Shown here piece by piece: positions 23,193-32,944 of a DNA stretch of 36,511 nucleotides. The notes beneath the pieces are model-generated. The model was given only the letters and a program-made list of their open reading frames with translations, ran no database searches and had not been told where the DNA came from. The translations under genes were made by a program, and so were the position numbers. Every line of letters starts with the position of its first letter. The stretch's first letter is position 1. Source of the DNA: a bacterium (GTDB lineage Bacteria > Patescibacteriota > Minisyncoccia > UBA11713 > 2-01-FULL-45-33); assembly GCA_030648495.1 (NCBI GenBank), contig JAUSHV010000004.1, positions 1-36,511 of the forward strand. Reading direction: 5' to 3'.

Positions 23193-26100
23193 TTATATTT
23201 TCCTAATCTCTTCGGCAATTATTGAGACGGAATCACTTCCTCTTGAATCTTTGCGAAAGGAATAGTTGCCGGTTATGAGGATACAATTATTATCAATAAT
23301 ATGCTCGCCGTATTGCTGGAGAGTGCGCGGGAAGACAACGCACTCTATTTCATCGGTCATGTCCTGCAGCTTCAAAAAGAGCATCGATTCTCCTTTTTTT
23401 GTTGTAATACGGCGAGAGGTTAATATAAGAGCGGCGAGCGTGCCAGATGGGCCGTAAGTTCCTCCCTTTTTAATTTTGAAAGAAGAAATGCTTATGATGC
23501 TGTTGTTTTTCCCGCTCTTTTTGTTTTCGTTGTGGAATTTCTCCAGCGGATGCCCGGAGACGTAGAGTCCCAAAAGCTCGTGCTCCCAAGCGAGTCTTTC
23601 TTCCAAAGTTGCAGGCGCGGTTTTAGCCAATCTTAATTGTGGGAGGGAAGATTTGTCCGACATTCCGGAGAAAAGCGACGATTGATTGTCGGAGCCGGCT
23701 TTGCGATGAGTCTTGGTATATTCCAAAACTTTTTCCATATTTTTTATGATATTATTTCTTTCAGCAAGCTCGTCCAGTGCCCCGGCTTTTGCCAAAGATT
23801 CCAGCGATTTTTTATTTAAGTCTTTGGAATCAACTCTTTCCAAAAATTCCGCTAATGTTCTAAAAGCGCCGTTTGCATCGCGTTCCCTGATAATCGCCTC
23901 AACAACATTTTCTCCAACATTTTTAATAGATGTAAGGCCGAACCTGATTTCATTCGTATCCTTGCCAGGGATCGAAAACATTTTTCGGCTGTGGTTTATC
24001 GATGGCGGGAGAACCGCAAGGCCCATTTCCTTACATTCTTTTATCAGATAAGCAATGCGGTCGGTGTCTTTTTTATCGTTATTAAAAAGCGAGGTCATGA
24101 ACTCGATGGGGTAGTAATATTTGAGCCAGGCGGTGTGAGCACCGATTATCGCGTATGCGGCCGCATGTGCCTTGTTGAAACCATACCTTGCGAAAGGCTC
24201 CAATAATTCTCCAAGTTCGCGGGCAATTTTGGCATCAATGCCGTTTTTTATCATGCCATCTACGAATTTCCCCTTTTGTTCTTCAAGAAGAGAGCGTATT
24301 TTTTTTCCGATAGCTTTCCGCAAAATATCAGCTTCGGCCATGGTGAATCCGGCCATATCGCGCGCCATCTGCATAACCTGTTCCTGATAAATCATGACTC
24401 CGTAGGTGGGAGACAATATTTGTTCCAATTTCGGATGGATGTAAGTAACTTTTTCGCGCCCGTGTTTCCGCGCGATGAATGTAGGGATGTGCTCCATGGA
24501 CCCCGGACGAAAAAGCGAAATCATCGCGATAATATCTTCTATATTATTCGGCTCAAGTTCCACTAAATATTTGGTCATGCCGGATCCTTCCAGCTGAAAA
24601 ATGCCGACAGTTTTGCCCTCACGCAGTATTTTATAAGGCAGGGGGTCGCTTACATCTATGTTTGTGATATCAATATCTTTGCCGTGCCTTTCTTTTATCA
24701 GATTGACGGTATTTTCCATGATCGAGAGGTTTTTTAAGCCCAAAAAATCCATTTTGAGAAGTCCTAGGTCGACGATGCCGTGCATATCGTATTGTGTGAC
24801 GATAGCTTCGCGCCTCGTATCGTCGTCTCCGCGGACAGCAGCGCGCTGAAGAGGCACTATATCGGTCAGAGGATTTTTTGTGATAACTACGCCGGACGCG
24901 TGAATGGACGCATGTCTACAGACGCCTTCCAGTTTCATCGCGGCGTCCAGCATTTTTTTGGCGTCAGGATTTGTTTCATAAATATTTTTAAGCTCAGAGA
25001 CTTCTTTCAGGCATTTTGCTAAATACCCCTCTTTTTCTCCCTGATTTGGGTTGAAAGGTATCATTTTGGAAGTTTGGTCGGCCAATTGCAGGCTGATTCC
25101 CAGCGCCCGGCCGGCATCTCTTATCGCGGCGCGCGCCGCCATTGTCCCGAAAGTTATAATTTGGGCAACGCGGTCTCTTCCATATTTTTGCGAAACATAT
25201 TCAATTACTTCGTCTCTCCGCGTATCAGCAAAATCCATATCAATGTCCGGAGGTTCAACGCGTTCCGGGTTCAAGAATCTCTCAAAAATCAGATTGTATT
25301 TTATCGGGTCAACGTTTGTTATTTCTAGGACATAAGCCACCAAAGATCCTGCAGCAGAACCTCTTCCCGGTCCTACAACTATTTTGTTTTTTTTGGCCCA
25401 GGCGACAAAATCCCAAACCACCAAAAAATATTCAACAAATCCTGTTTTCTGTAAAACCGAAAGCTCATAAGCTAGGCGTTTTTCTATTTCTTCTCCAGGT
25501 TTTTCTCCATAGCGTTTTTTCAGACCTTCTTTGCAGAGTTTTTCCAAGTACGAAATTGAAGTCTCGCCGGCGGGAAGGGGAAAACTCGGTATCTGGATTT
25601 TGCCCAGCTCAATTGTCAGGTCGCACATGTCGGCAATTTTCAATGTATTTGTTATTGCTTCGGGCGTTTCTTTAAAAAGTTCGGCCATCTCTTCGGGCGA
25701 GCGCAACGAATAATCATCACCTTTCATGGTTAGCCGGTCTTCGTCATCGAGCCTTGTGTTGGTCTGCACTGCCAGGAGAACGTCGTGCGCGGAAGCGTCT
25801 TCTTTTTTTAAATAATGAATATCTTGCGTGGCGACGAGCGGAGCTCCGTGTTTTTTTGCAAATTTAACCAGGCTCTGCATCAATTTTGGATAATTTGGAA
25901 CGCCGGGATGAGAACCTATCTCAATGAAAAAATTTTCTTTTCCAAAAATATTTTGATATTCGTGAAGGAGCTCTGCCGCTTTTTCTTCATCGTTATTTAA
26001 AAGCGCGCGCGGGATTTCCCCGCTCATGCATCCTGATAAACCGATAAGCCCGGCCGAATATTTTTTCAGATTTTCATGGTCAATCCGGGGTTTGTAATAG

Positions 26101-26438
26101 AAGCCTTCGAGATTCGCCAGCGTTATCAATTTTACGAGATTTTTATAGCCTTCCAAATTTTTTGAAAGCAATATTAAATGGAAGCGCTTATCGTCTATGC
26201 CGGGGCGCTTCTCATAAAGTGAGCCCTGGGCGACATAGGCCTCTACGCCGATAATCGGTTTTATCTCGGCTTTTTTGCAAGCCTTATAAAATTCAATTGC
26301 ACCATAAAGATTGCCGTGGTCGGTAATAGCCAAAGCAGGCATGCCCATTTTTTTTGCTTCTTTTACTAAGCCGTCAATCTTGGCGAGTCCGTCAAGAAGA
26401 GAATAGTGCGAATGAGTATGTAGATGGACGAAAGACAT
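23193..26438 (-). CDS. dnaE: DNA polymerase III alpha subunit
   Basis: The PHP domain starts FVHLHTHSHYSLLDG...ITDHGNLYG. Palm and fingers strings include PDIDMDF, GLLKMDFLGL and FNKAHAAAYA. There is an OB fold at the C-terminus. Confidence 0.95.
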   Translation of the reverse strand: MSFVHLHTHSHYSLLDGLAKIDGLVKEAKKMGMPALAITDHGNLYGAIEFYKACKKAEIKPIIGVEAYVAQGSLYEKRPGIDDKRFHLILLSKNLEGYKNLVKLITLANLEGFYYKPRIDHENLKKYSAGLIGLSGCMSGEIPRALLNNDEEKAAELLHEYQNIFGKENFFIEIGSHPGVPNYPKLMQSLVKFAKKHGAPLVATQDIHYLKKEDASAHDVLLAVQTNTRLDDEDRLTMKGDDYSLRSPEEMAELFKETPEAITNTLKIADMCDLTIELGKIQIPSFPLPAGETSISYLEKLCKEGLKKRYGEKPGEEIEKRLAYELSVLQKTGFVEYFLVVWDFVAWAKKNKIVVGPGRGSAAGSLVAYVLEITNVDPIKYNLIFERFLNPERVEPPDIDMDFADTRRDEVIEYVSQKYGRDRVAQIITFGTMAARAAIRDAGRALGISLQLADQTSKMIPFNPNQGEKEGYLAKCLKEVSELKNIYETNPDAKKMLDAAMKLEGVCRHASIHASGVVITKNPLTDIVPLQRAAVRGDDDTRREAIVTQYDMHGIVDLGLLKMDFLGLKNLSIMENTVNLIKERHGKDIDITNIDVSDPLPYKILREGKTVGIFQLEGSGMTKYLVELEPNNIEDIIAMISLFRPGSMEHIPTFIARKHGREKVTYIHPKLEQILSPTYGVMIYQEQVMQMARDMAGFTMAEADILRKAIGKKIRSLLEEQKGKFVDGMIKNGIDAKIARELGELLEPFARYGFNKAHAAAYAIIGAHTAWLKYYYPIEFMTSLFNNDKKDTDRIAYLIKECKEMGLAVLPPSINHSRKMFSIPGKDTNEIRFGLTSIKNVGENVVEAIIRERDANGAFRTLAEFLERVDSKDLNKKSLESLAKAGALDELAERNNIIKNMEKVLEYTKTHRKAGSDNQSSLFSGMSDKSSLPQLRLAKTAPATLEERLAWEHELLGLYVSGHPLEKFHNENKKSGKNNSIISISSFKIKKGGTYGPSGTLAALILTSRRITTKKGESMLFLKLQDMTDEIECVVFPRTLQQYGEHIIDNNCILITGNYSFRKDSRGSDSVSIIAEEIRKI

Positions 26439-26504
26439 AATTTTGTTGATATTTCATTTTTGCATTTTTTGTGCTTCAATGCCAATAGATTTGAGCGGTT
26501 TCGC

Positions 26505-27398
26505 ATGATCTTTAAATTTCTCGGATGGCTATACACCGCGGGCGGTAGTTGGGAAGAGGCAGAGCCTAAAGTAAAAGCGTTGCTTGATAAAGGTTTTAGC
26601 GTAACAAGCGATATTTTGGGTGAATTTGTAAAAGAGCCGGAAAGCGTTATCGCCGCAGTTGCTGAATATATTGACCATATAAAAATTCTTGGCGAGCTAC
26701 AAAGAGACCGCGGAACGGGCAATATTGTGAGTGTGGCAATTAAGCCTTCACGCATTGGGCTTGAGATAAGCCAATTGAATTTTCAAAAAAACCTTATGGA
26801 TATTTTGCGATGTTCGAGGAATTGCGGGGTTTTCGTCTGGATAGATGCGGAAGAGAAAAAAGACAGGGAGGCGGTGCTCTCTATTGTTTTGCGGATGAGA
26901 ACATTTAATTATATGAATATCGGGCTTGCGATCCAGTGCGTGCATTCTGACGCGAAAGAAGTAGCAAGACAGCTTTGGGAAAAGCATATCGCTATCAGGT
27001 TAGTAATGGGTGCTTATACCGATTGCGACCTGAAAAAGAAAAGCGAGATAATAAAAAATTTCAAGGATGTTTTTTGGACAGCGCTTTTTTATTATAAAAA
27101 TTCAGCGGAGAAAGGTGTCGTCGCGCTCGCCTCACACAACAGCGAATTGGTCGATTATGGCCGCGCTTTTTATATTGACCAGGATTTGCGGGGAGTCATT
27201 CAATTCCAGATGCTCTATGGTATTCGCGCGAAATTGCAAAGGGAACTTGTCGCGCTCGGATATGATGTTCTGATTTACACAGGATGGGGCCGCGACCGGT
27301 TTGGGTTCCTAATGCGGAGGATTTTGGAAGGTATCCGTCCCTCAGCACTCTGGTTATTTTTGAGAAATATCCCGGAGGCATGGAAGTATGGTGTTTAA
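26505..27398 (+). CDS. Proline dehydrogenase family protein (PutA-PRODH-like TIM barrel)
   Basis: The strings SDILGEFV ... FQMLYGIRAKLQRELVALGYDVLIYTGWG ... MRRILE resemble the PRODH family ends. The internal ATG was chosen because the upstream part overlaps the dnaE start. Confidence 0.55.
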   Translation: MIFKFLGWLYTAGGSWEEAEPKVKALLDKGFSVTSDILGEFVKEPESVIAAVAEYIDHIKILGELQRDRGTGNIVSVAIKPSRIGLEISQLNFQKNLMDILRCSRNCGVFVWIDAEEKKDREAVLSIVLRMRTFNYMNIGLAIQCVHSDAKEVARQLWEKHIAIRLVMGAYTDCDLKKKSEIIKNFKDVFWTALFYYKNSAEKGVVALASHNSELVDYGRAFYIDQDLRGVIQFQMLYGIRAKLQRELVALGYDVLIYTGWGRDRFGFLMRRILEGIRPSALWLFLRNIPEAWKYGV

Positions 27399-27440
27399 GC
27401 CGCGTCAAAACGCGGCTTTTATTTTTGTCTGAAAGATTTT

Positions 27441-28055
27441 ATGATTATCATTGTGAACAAAAAATATTTGATTGGAATAGATGAAGTTGGAAGAGGGCCT
27501 TTGGCGGGACCGATGATGGTTGGTGCTATTGCGATTGCTGGAGAGCCGCCCGCGGCTCAATTTTTGGAAGGCATCAAAGATTCAAAGAAGCTTACTAAAT
27601 TGCAGCGCGAGAAATGGAGCAAGAAAATTTGGGCGGAAAAAGAGAAAGCAGGCAACATCAATATCGCGATAGTTTCTATAAGTCCGGCGGTTATTGATAA
27701 GTTCGGAATATCGCCATCGCTCAAGCTCGCAGTTGCCAAATGCCTTAAAATATTGGTTGGGCAGGATGATGAGTATCAGATTATGCTTGACGGCAGTCTT
27801 TATGCGCCGGAAAAATATAAAAATCAGCAGACTATAATAAAGGGCGATGAAAAAATCCCCATAATTTCCGCGGCATCGGTTGTCGCTAAAGTATACCGTG
27901 ATAATCTCATGCAAAAGCTCCACAAAAAATATCCGGAGTACGGTTTTGATGCGCACAAAGGCTATGGCACCGCTGCGCACATTGCAGCCATCAAAAAACA
28001 CGGCCTTTCCACGCTCCACCGCCGGAGTTTTTGCAGAAATATTAACTTATCTTAG
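27441..28055 (+). CDS. rnhB: Ribonuclease HII
   Basis: IGIDEVGRGPLAGPMMVGA, DSKKLTKLQRE, GDEKIPIISAASVVAKVYRD, GYGTAAH. Confidence 0.9.
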   Translation: MIIIVNKKYLIGIDEVGRGPLAGPMMVGAIAIAGEPPAAQFLEGIKDSKKLTKLQREKWSKKIWAEKEKAGNINIAIVSISPAVIDKFGISPSLKLAVAKCLKILVGQDDEYQIMLDGSLYAPEKYKNQQTIIKGDEKIPIISAASVVAKVYRDNLMQKLHKKYPEYGFDAHKGYGTAAHIAAIKKHGLSTLHRRSFCRNINLS

Positions 28056-28059
28056 TAAG

Positions 28060-28090
28060 AAAAAACCCGCCAGTTGTGAGAACTAGCGGG
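28060..28090 (-). terminator. Terminator for the minus-strand gene 28116-28538
   Basis: On the minus strand, cccgc-tagttctcacaactg-gcggg is followed by tttttt. Confidence 0.6.
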
Positions 28091-28115
28091 GGCAGTCGGT
28101 TGCCAGCCTTATTGC

Positions 28116-28538
28116 TTAGAGATACCACTCTTTCGGGATGGGATTATCGAGTTTGAATACCATCCCATGTCGACTCTGTGGGTTGAAGACGGCCTCCCAT
28201 TGCCACTCGTTGAGCTCGTAGGGCGCTCTCGTAGTGTGGTTAATGTAATTCGGATGGGTTTCGCGAGGGATCAGAAACCGACCCAGACATCGGACGTTGC
28301 GCGGCTCATTCGCTCCGTGTCCCAACTTGGTTGTTGCTCCGTGGAGAGCCACTTCGAATGGGAGCTTGAATTCGCCCCGATGGCCAAGTAACTTCTCACC
28401 AGAACACATTGGGACTACTGTGAGTTCCAACACGAAGCGGTTGCCATGCTTCTCGTATGCTTTGACCTCTTCCGCCACGAGGCGGAAAGGCCCTGGTGCG
28501 TCCTTGATACCGAAATATATTTTCTCGTCTGCTGCCAT
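28116..28538 (-). CDS. Hypothetical 140-aa protein, visibly GC-richer than its neighbours
   Basis: This uses the internal ATG preceded by gaaGGAGGccgtt. No family is recognised. Confidence 0.6.
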   Translation of the reverse strand: MAADEKIYFGIKDAPGPFRLVAEEVKAYEKHGNRFVLELTVVPMCSGEKLLGHRGEFKLPFEVALHGATTKLGHGANEPRNVRCLGRFLIPRETHPNYINHTTRAPYELNEWQWEAVFNPQSRHGMVFKLDNPIPKEWYL

Positions 28539-28826
28539 AACGGCCTCCTTCTTTCTTTGTTTATTTTGTCTGTATTTTATCAGCCCACAGACAACCTGAG
28601 CTCTTACCAGCAACATAACGCCTCTGGCGACCCGTACATTGGTGCGGGGATTTCACCATATTTCAACATGGATCTCTTTGTTAATTATAGCAAATCCATA
28701 GAATTTGTCAATAGCATCGTTTTTAATTTTCAATTTTAATGCGACTTTGTCAGGCCGAAAGCAGATAAAGGCTTTTGCAGAAAATTTATTTAGTGCTACT
28801 CTGAAAGCAGAAAAAGAGAGCAGATT

Positions 28827-29291
28827 ATGCAACTCGAAAGCAGTTATGATACTGCGTTTATTGAAGAAGAGCTAAATGCCCTTCAGGATTATTTTGAAAT
28901 TTTTGAGGATATTATAACTGAAAAGAATATCAATGACCGCGTGGTAGAATCTTGCAAGGCAATATCAAAAACTCATCAGTCGCTTGTCGATTGCGATATG
29001 GACACTGTTATCGAGATGATTTATGAATATTTTTTGAGGCCATTAAAGACGATTATTCCGGAAAGATTTAACTTAGGCGCAATGCTTTGGACTAAAATAG
29101 ATCCGGAAAATTTATTGTCGAGATTGTATGTTCAGATGATCTCACATGCAGAGACTGAAGCCTTTATTAAAAGAATAATTTCAAGACCCGATTCAAGGGT
29201 ATCTATGTTTGGAGAAAGAGGCCAAAAATATTGGGTGGTTATCATTCGGATGGAAAAGATTAATGTGTTCCCTCAAAAGCTCTTAAAATAA
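28827..29291 (+). CDS. Hypothetical 154-aa acidic protein
   Basis: ORF only. No family is recognised. Confidence 0.5.
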   Translation: MQLESSYDTAFIEEELNALQDYFEIFEDIITEKNINDRVVESCKAISKTHQSLVDCDMDTVIEMIYEYFLRPLKTIIPERFNLGAMLWTKIDPENLLSRLYVQMISHAETEAFIKRIISRPDSRVSMFGERGQKYWVVIIRMEKINVFPQKLLK

Positions 29292-29309
29292 AACCGACCC
29301 GCCCAGCTA

Positions 29310-29338
29310 TTGCTTTCGGCGGGTTTTTAATATATAAT
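29310..29338 (+). promoter_or_regulatory. Promoter TTGCTT-N17-TATAAT, 8 nt upstream of the rpmF ATG (near-leaderless)
   Basis: ttgctt at 29310-29315 and tataat at 29333-29338. Confidence 0.55.
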
Positions 29339-29346
29339 CTATTCAT

Positions 29347-29589
29347 ATGACAGTAAGGATGAGGCATACGCCTTCACATTCGGCGAACAGGAGGAGCCAC
29401 CACGCTCTTTCGGGAATAGCTTCAATTAAATGCCCCAAATGCGGAGTGGACGCTTTGCCGCACCATGTTTGCGCGAACTGCGGGTTTTACAAGGGCAGGG
29501 AAGCGGTGGATGTTTTAAAAAAACTTACCAAAAAGGAAAGAAAGGCCAAAGAAAAAGAATTAGAAGATTCAAAAAAAACTGAATCATAA
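29347..29589 (+). CDS. rpmF: 50S ribosomal protein L32 with a Lys/Glu-rich C-terminal extension
   Basis: RHTPSHSANRRSHHAL...CPKCGVDALPHHVCANCGFYKGREAV. Confidence 0.9.
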   Translation: MTVRMRHTPSHSANRRSHHALSGIASIKCPKCGVDALPHHVCANCGFYKGREAVDVLKKLTKKERKAKEKELEDSKKTES

Positions 29590-29664
29590 ATAAATTGCAG
29601 GAAATTGAAATCATTTTGCAACTTAACAATTTAACCACCTAACTGTCCCACTATTTAAGAAACT

Positions 29665-30588
29665 ATGGCAAACAGGCATTTATCAAGATCTATCGCCATG
29701 CAGTCTCTTTTTGAAATGGATTTTTATGGCGGGCTTTTAAAAAAATCTACAAAAGCGAGTAAGAAAAAAGAATTGGACGCGATACTCGAACGCACCATTG
29801 AGGAATTCGGACCAGGGCTCGACGACGGCAGTTTTGCTAAAAAACTTACATTTGGAGTTTTGGATAAGCAGGAAGAGATAGACGATATTATTCAAAAAGC
29901 CGCGCCCGAGTGGCCAATCGCACAAATCGCCCCTGTCGACAGGAATGTTCTCCGTGTGGGGCTTTTTGAGCTTCTTTTTGGAGAAAGAAAAGAAGTACCG
30001 CCGAAAGTGGCCATCAATGAGTCCATTGAGCTTGCCAAAAGTTTTGGCGGAGATTCTTCAGGAAAATTTGTTAACGGTGTTTTGGGAACGGTTTACCGCG
30101 AGCTTGGCGAACCCGGCAAAAATGACAAAGGGAAAAAAGGAGAGCCTCTCGATTTCAATAAATTGCCCAAGGAAGAATTGGGAGGCGCCGTTGTAGTGCG
30201 CCATGAAAGAGATGGTGTTCTTTTTGCCATGGTACATGATGTTTTCGGCAGATGGACATTTTCTAAAGGACATTTGGAAAATGGCGAAACCATCGAGGAC
30301 GGGACCACCCGTAAAATAAAAGAGGAATTTGGCATAAAAAATTTGAAATTATTAAAAAAACTGAGCGAGAATGAATATATCGCGTCTGATCCGGAAACCG
30401 GTCCCACAAGGCGTCATGTGAGTTATTTTTTGGCCGAGACAAAGGATAAGGATTTGAAAGTAGACAGGTCCGGAGGATTGGATGACGCGCGCTGGTTTGA
30501 TTTGGAAGACGTGCGCTCTCTTAAGATGTACGATGATATTAAACACCTTTTAGACGAAGCGGTGGAAGCTTTGAAGATAAAAAAATGA
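29665..30588 (+). CDS. nusB: NusB (transcription antitermination) fused to a C-terminal NUDIX hydrolase domain
   Basis: The NusB part reads SRSIAMQSLFEMDF...VDRNVLRVGLFELLF...INESIELAKSFGGDSSGKFVNGVLGTV. The Nudix box is GHLENGETIEDGTTRKIKEEFGI (G-x5-E-x7-R-x-U-x-E-E-x-G-U). Confidence 0.85.
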   Translation: MANRHLSRSIAMQSLFEMDFYGGLLKKSTKASKKKELDAILERTIEEFGPGLDDGSFAKKLTFGVLDKQEEIDDIIQKAAPEWPIAQIAPVDRNVLRVGLFELLFGERKEVPPKVAINESIELAKSFGGDSSGKFVNGVLGTVYRELGEPGKNDKGKKGEPLDFNKLPKEELGGAVVVRHERDGVLFAMVHDVFGRWTFSKGHLENGETIEDGTTRKIKEEFGIKNLKLLKKLSENEYIASDPETGPTRRHVSYFLAETKDKDLKVDRSGGLDDARWFDLEDVRSLKMYDDIKHLLDEAVEALKIKK

Positions 30589-31286
30589 TAGATTTTGCGG
30601 AGTTCGAAAAAAATATAGGCGTTGAATTTAAAGACAAAGAGATCTTAAAGACGGCGCTAACCCACCGTTCTTATTTAAACGAAAATGTCTCAACTTCGGG
30701 AGAGAAAAGAGAGCACAACGAGCGTTTGGAATTTTTGGGAGATGCCGTTTTGGAGCTCGTCATTACCGAACATCTCTATAAGCTTTTTCCCGATAAACCG
30801 GAAGGCGATCTGACCAGTTTCCGAGCTTCGCTGGTAAACGCGAATATGCTTGGAGAGGTAGCCCGCGACCTTGATTATAATAAATTCTTAATGCTTTCCA
30901 GAGGAGAAGCGAAAGATGTGGGCCGTGCCCGCCGGTCTATTTTGGCGAACGCATTTGAATCCGTTGCCGGCGCGATATATCTTGATCGGGGTTATGACGT
31001 GGTCAAAGATTTCCTTTTGCGTGTATTGGGGCCGAAGATAGGGGAGATAGTTGAGAAAAAATTATACCGCGACGCAAAAAGTTTTTTTCAGGAGGAAGCT
31101 CAGGAAAGGGAAAGCGTTACACCAACATATAAAGTTGTTAAAGAGTGGGGGCCGGACCATGACAGACACTTTGTTGTCGGGGTCTATTTGGACAAGGACC
31201 TCATCGCCGAAGGCGAAGGGCCTTCGAAACAAGCAGCACAGCAGAAGGCCGCAGAGATTGCGCTTAAAACAAAAGGGTGGGGATAG
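30585..31286 (+). CDS. rnc: Ribonuclease III
   Basis: The signature is NERLEFLGDAVLELVITEHLY. There is a C-terminal dsRBD (PTYKVVKEWGPDHDRHFVVGVYL...GEGPSKQAAQQKAAEIAL). It overlaps the nusB stop (ATGA). Confidence 0.95.
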   Translation: MIDFAEFEKNIGVEFKDKEILKTALTHRSYLNENVSTSGEKREHNERLEFLGDAVLELVITEHLYKLFPDKPEGDLTSFRASLVNANMLGEVARDLDYNKFLMLSRGEAKDVGRARRSILANAFESVAGAIYLDRGYDVVKDFLLRVLGPKIGEIVEKKLYRDAKSFFQEEAQERESVTPTYKVVKEWGPDHDRHFVVGVYLDKDLIAEGEGPSKQAAQQKAAEIALKTKGWG

Positions 31287-31291
31287 AAAAA

Positions 31292-31319
31292 ACCGCCAAG
31301 CTGCTGCGCTTAGCGGTTC
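31292..31319. terminator. Bidirectional hairpin between the convergent genes rnc and 31325-32422
   Basis: aaccgc-caagctgctgcgctta-gcggtt, with A-run and T-run flanks. Confidence 0.55.
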
Positions 31320-31324
31320 TATTT

Positions 31325-32422
31325 TTACTTTAGGGGAATGAAGTCTTTGGAGACTTCAGCCCAGATTTCGGCATCGGACGACAGATTCGGAATAGTAATC
31401 GCGGGGTCTTTCCGAAGCATGTCGCAATGACCGAATGTTTGCTGGAGATAAAGGAGAGGCTCACTATGTTCAATTTCGCCGTATTCCTTTATCAGCTTAT
31501 CCAGAAGAATCATTATTCCGTAAGCGTGTTTTTTGTAGAAGTTGCGCGTAGTAAGTGCCATGATTGGAAGAATTTCCGGAGCCTCTGTTTCGCCCTCGGC
31601 GCCTACCTCATTAATCTTTCCGATAACTTCTTTTATCCAGAAAAAGAACACTTCATGGTCGACGGCCTTTTCTTTGTCGAGCCGGTCGTATTGGAAAAGA
31701 TGCGCCAGGCGCTCAAAAAGCGCATCGCTAATCGGTGTTTTATTGTCCGGAAGATATAATGTATTGCCTTCGCTATCGGTTCTTATGCGTAACGCATTTA
31801 AACCGGTCTCTTCTAAAAGTTCATATAGAGCTCTCAAGTCCGCATAATGGATAAGCGTGTCTCCAAAATCGGAGCCATTTTTTAGAAGCTCTTTGATTTT
31901 CGGCGATTCAAAAAACGAATTAATCCGATCACTCTCTTTATGATCAAATTCCTCTATTTTGCCCCATGGCAGCCCATAACGATCAGGTTTTGGCGCGTAA
32001 TAAAATCTGTCATAATATACGCCATTTTTCGTTTCGACCCATTCGCTGTAATTTGCCTCGGGGAAAATCATATTGAGCAGGAATTTCGGCATGCGTCTTT
32101 TTTGCAGCATTTCATCAAGGGTCTTTGCCTTGTTTTCTTCCGAAGCCCTCAATGTCCGCATGACAAGATTCCTATGATTTGGAACCTCTCTCAATTCAAA
32201 GGCGTTTTTTTGTCTGTCCCAAACATTGAGAAGTCCGCCTGCGACCCAGGTGCGTACATAAATTGCTCTTTTCGCGTTAAAAACGGAGAGAACAGAGCCT
32301 TTTTTAAGGAGCTCTTCGGTCACCACAACTTCCTGCTTGCCTGAGCGTTTCATTGCTTCAGCTATCATTTCATCTGTCATCTCCGGCAGATGAATGCATC
32401 CTACAGAGCCTGATGTAATCAT
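31325..32422 (-). CDS. Hypothetical 365-aa protein
   Basis: A long clean ORF. On the minus strand aggaggagga lies just upstream of the ATG. No family is recognised. Confidence 0.65.
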   Translation of the reverse strand: MITSGSVGCIHLPEMTDEMIAEAMKRSGKQEVVVTEELLKKGSVLSVFNAKRAIYVRTWVAGGLLNVWDRQKNAFELREVPNHRNLVMRTLRASEENKAKTLDEMLQKRRMPKFLLNMIFPEANYSEWVETKNGVYYDRFYYAPKPDRYGLPWGKIEEFDHKESDRINSFFESPKIKELLKNGSDFGDTLIHYADLRALYELLEETGLNALRIRTDSEGNTLYLPDNKTPISDALFERLAHLFQYDRLDKEKAVDHEVFFFWIKEVIGKINEVGAEGETEAPEILPIMALTTRNFYKKHAYGIMILLDKLIKEYGEIEHSEPLLYLQQTFGHCDMLRKDPAITIPNLSSDAEIWAEVSKDFIPLK

Positions 32423-32578
32423 AAAATCCTCCTCCTAATACACTAGCATTTTAAGCTAAAACAGTCAACTGTGCGCTTTGTGAAAGTTTATTAATATTAT
32501 CCACATCTTGCGTTTTGTGCCATTTCAATATATTCTAATTTAAGAGCTTTTTCGCTCGGAAAGGGGGTGAAATAACAA

Positions 32579-32863
32579 ATGAGAGGACGATTATTGGCAT
32601 TGGTTTTGGCCGTGTCGTTGTTGGGTCTGTTGAGCGCATGCTCAACGGTAGTAAATGTCGGTCATGATGCGGCGATGGGAATTCACAATACAGTGGTTGG
32701 CGAAGTCGAGCTTGGAGCAGGTCTCGTTCAGGAAACATTAACGAATCCGTCGCATGCCACATTGTGGCATTGGTTGCTTTCACCGGTGGATGCGGCTAAG
32801 GTGTTGGTAGACAGCGTTCATGGGGCGTTGCACGGTATGGGGCATCACCTCCACGGACATTAG
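32579..32863 (+). CDS. Small lipoprotein with a His-rich C-terminus (…HGALHGMGHHLHGH), GC-richer than its surroundings
   Basis: The lipobox is LLGLLSAC. The RBS is aaaggggg. Confidence 0.6.
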   Translation: MRGRLLALVLAVSLLGLLSACSTVVNVGHDAAMGIHNTVVGEVELGAGLVQETLTNPSHATLWHWLLSPVDAAKVLVDSVHGALHGMGHHLHGH

Positions 32864-32872
32864 TTTGTATTT

Positions 32873-32911
32873 AGCGGGCGTACCTATCTATGTATGCCCG
32901 CGCTTTTTTTA
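32873..32911 (+). terminator. Rho-independent terminator
   Basis: agcgggcg-...-cgcccgct-type hairpin (gcgggc / gcccgc) followed by ttttttt. Confidence 0.7.
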
Positions 32912-32944
32912 TTTCTTTCATTTTGTTATAGTTTTACTAATATT

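Noticed and set aside
23266-26000. Numerous 60-120-aa plus-strand ORFs inside dnaE, and similar antisense ORFs inside gatB, thrS, rnhB, the 11812-13092 gene and the gene at 31325-32422
   Set aside because: All are nested antisense to long, well-supported genes with recognisable motifs, and none has an independent signal.
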